Shown here one piece after another: positions 61,401 through 64,000 of a DNA stretch of 64,000 nucleotides (positions are counted from its first letter, which is position 1; each line of letters starts with the position of its first letter). The position numbers and the translations under genes are program-made. Source of the DNA: Basidiobolus meristosporus CBS 931.73 (lineage: Eukaryota > Fungi > Basidiobolomycota); assembly GCA_002104905.1 (NCBI GenBank), contig MCFE01000512.1, positions 1-64,000 on the forward strand, read 5' to 3'. The notes beneath the pieces are model-generated. The model was not told where the DNA came from. It ran no database searches and saw only the letters and a list, made by a program, of their open reading frames with translations.

Positions 61401-64000
61401 AAACCATCATGCTATATTTAGGCTGACAGCAGCCACTTGTTGCCCACAGACATGTGACCTAAACCATCACGTTAAAAACAGGCTGACAGCAGCCAAATGT
61501 TGCCCGCAGACATATGACTAAAACCATTAAGCTAGAAGCAGGCTGACAGCAGCCACTTGTAATCCACAAACATGTGACTTAAAACCCCTTATGCTATACT
61601 TAGGCTGACAGCAGCCACTGGTTGCCCTCAGACATGTGACTAAACCATTACACTAGAATCAGGCTGACAGCAGCCACTGGTTGCCCTCAGACATGTGACG
61701 AAAAACCATCACGCTAGAATCAGGCTGACAGCAGCCACTTATTGCCCACAGACATGTGACTAAAAACTATTACGCTAGAATCAGGCTGACAGCAGCCAAA
61801 TGTTGCCCCAGACATGTGACTTAAAACCATTACGGTAAAATATGGCTGACAGCAGCCACTTATTGCCCACAGACATGTGACTAAAAACTATTACTCTATA
61901 ATTAGGCTGACAGCAGCCACTGGTTGCCCCCAGACATGTGACTGAATACCTGCATGCAAATTTGTGACATATAGAATCAGGCTGACAGCAGCCAAATGTT
62001 GCCCCAGACATGTGACTTAAAACCATTACGGTAAAATATGGCTGACAGCAGCCACTGGTTGCCCACAGACATGTGACTAAACCATTACGCTAGAATCAGG
62101 CTGACAGCAGCCACTGGTTGCCCACAGACATGTGACTTAAAAGCATCATGCTATATTTAGGCTGACATCAGCCACTTGTTGACAACAGAAATGTGACATA
62201 AACCCTCACGTTAAAATCAGGCTGTCAGCAGCCACTGGTTGCCCTCAGACATGTGACTAAAAACAATCACACTAGAATCACGCTGACAGCAGTCACATGT
62301 TGCCCACAGACATGTGACCAAAAACCAATACCCTAAAATATGGCTGACAGCAGCCACTTGTTGCCCACAGACATGTGACTGAATTTCTGCATGCAAATTT
62401 GTGACATAAACCCTCACGTTAAAATCATGCTGACAGCAGCCACTGGTTGCCCTCAGACATGTGTCTAAACCATTACGCTAGAATCAGGCTGACAGCAGCC
62501 ACTGGTTGCCCACAGACATGTGAATTAAAACCATCATGCTATATTTAGGCTGACAGCAGCCACTTGTTGACCTCAGACATGTGACTAAAAACCATCATGC
62601 TAGAATCAGGCTGACAGCAGCCACTTATTGCCCACAGACATGTGACTAAAAACTATTACGCTATAATTAGGCTGACAGCAGCCACTGGTTGCCCACAGAC
62701 TTGTGACTGAATTTCTGCATGCAAATTTGTGACATAAACCCTCACGTTAAAATCAGGCTGACAGCATCCACTGGTTCCCTCAGACATGTGACTAAAAACC
62801 ATCACGCTAGAATCAGGCTGACAGCAGCCACTGGTTGCCCACAGACATGTGACTTAAAACCATCATGCTATATTTAGGCTGACAGCAGCCACTTGTTGCC
62901 CACAGACATGTGACCTAAACCATCACGTTAAAAACAGGCTGACAGCAGCCAAATGTTGCCCTCAGACAAATGACTAAAACCATTAAGCTAGATGCAGGCT
63001 GACAGCAGCCACTTGTTATCCACAAACATGTGACTTAAAACCCCTTATGCTATACTTAGGCTGACAGCAGCCACTTGTTGCCCACCAACATGTGGCTAAA
63101 CCATTACGTTAGAATCAGGCAGACAGCAGCCACTGGTTGCCCACAGACATGTGACTCAAAACCATCACGCTAGAATTAGGCTGACAGCAGCCACTGGTTG
63201 CTCACAGACATGTGACCTAAACCATCACGTTAAAATCAGGCTGACAGCAGCCACTGGTTGCCCACAGACATGTGACCTAAACCATCACGTTAAAAACAGG
63301 CTGACAGCAGCCAAATGTTGCCCTCAGACAAATGACTAAAACCATTACGCTAGAATCAGGCTGACAGCAGCCACATGGTTGTCCACAGACATGTGACTTA
63401 AAAGCATCATGCTATATTTAGGCTGACATCAGCCACTTGTTGACAACAGAAATGTGACATAAACCCTCACGTTAAAATCAGGCTGACAGCTGCCACTGGT
63501 TGCCCTCAGACATGTGACTAAAAACCATCACGCTAGAATCACGCTGACAGCAGCCACATGTTGCCCACAGACATGTGACTAAAAACCAATACCTAAAATA
63601 TGGCTGACAGCAGCCACTTGTTGCCCACAGACATGTGACTGAATTTCTGCATGCAAATTTGTGACATAAACCCTCACGTTAAAATCAGGCTGACAGCAGC
63701 CACTGGTTGCCCTCAGACATGTGACTAAACCATTACGCTAGAATCAGGCTGACAGCAGCCACTGGTTGCCCACAGACATGTGACTTAAAACCATCATGCT
63801 ATATTTAGGCTGACAGCAGCCACTTGTTGACCTCAGATATGTGACTAAAAACTATTACGCTATAATTAGGCTGACAGCAGCCACTGGTTGCCCACAGACA
63901 TGTGACTGAATTTCTGCATGCAAATTTGTGATGTAAACCCTGACGTTAAAATCAGGCTGACAGCAGCCACTGGTTGCCCACAGACATGTGACTTAAAAGC

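Larger units (their letters stand above)
42965..64000. repeat. Satellite DNA, ~61-bp monomer (39-bp conserved core plus ~22-bp variable linker), continuing past the window edge
   Basis: Core GGCTGACAGCAGCCACTGGTTGCCCACAGACATGTGACT repeated hundreds of times. Degenerate at 43-53 kb and homogeneous beyond about 54 kb. Confidence 0.97.

Noticed and set aside
54219-63339. ORFs inside the satellite
   Set aside because: Translations of repeat monomers; no evidence of coding function.
53500-64000. CRISPR-like look (conserved palindromic repeat plus variable spacer)
   Set aside because: The linkers are variants of each other and recur periodically, no cas genes are present, and the context is eukaryotic. 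This is satellite DNA.

Overview
Eukaryotic (fungal-type, intronless) DNA running from a gene-rich zone into repeat-rich, probably heterochromatic DNA. (1) 1-809: an SDR oxidoreductase on the minus strand, running off the left edge and missed by the ORF track. (2) About 2.1-3.2 kb and 9.7-34 kb: a tandem array of a three-gene module encoding small secreted proteins I do not recognise, here called A (+, 184 aa), B (+, 192 aa) and C (-, 140-144 aa). There are 15 intact copies (3 A, 6 B, 6 C) and many relics. A and C share a clear 35-residue Asn/Gln/Ser core that aligns without gaps to B, and all three have acidic blocks, Arg/Lys/Tyr blocks and Cys pairs. (3) 35596-41513: a full-length but dead chromodomain Ty3/Gypsy LTR retrotransposon with 697-bp LTRs, a GGAAT target-site duplication and no tRNA-type PBS; it is a self-priming candidate. 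(4) From about 43 kb to the right edge: a ~61-bp satellite with a palindromic core, age layering and a 536-bp 8-mer higher-order repeat. It is interrupted by three related PIF/Harbinger-like (PHIS) DNA transposon insertions at AAT and by an LTR fragment. Repeat regions are strongly CpG-depleted and their nonsense codons are C-to-T type, while the duplicated gene array keeps its CpGs except at its edges. All calls are by eye from the sequence; no database searches were run.
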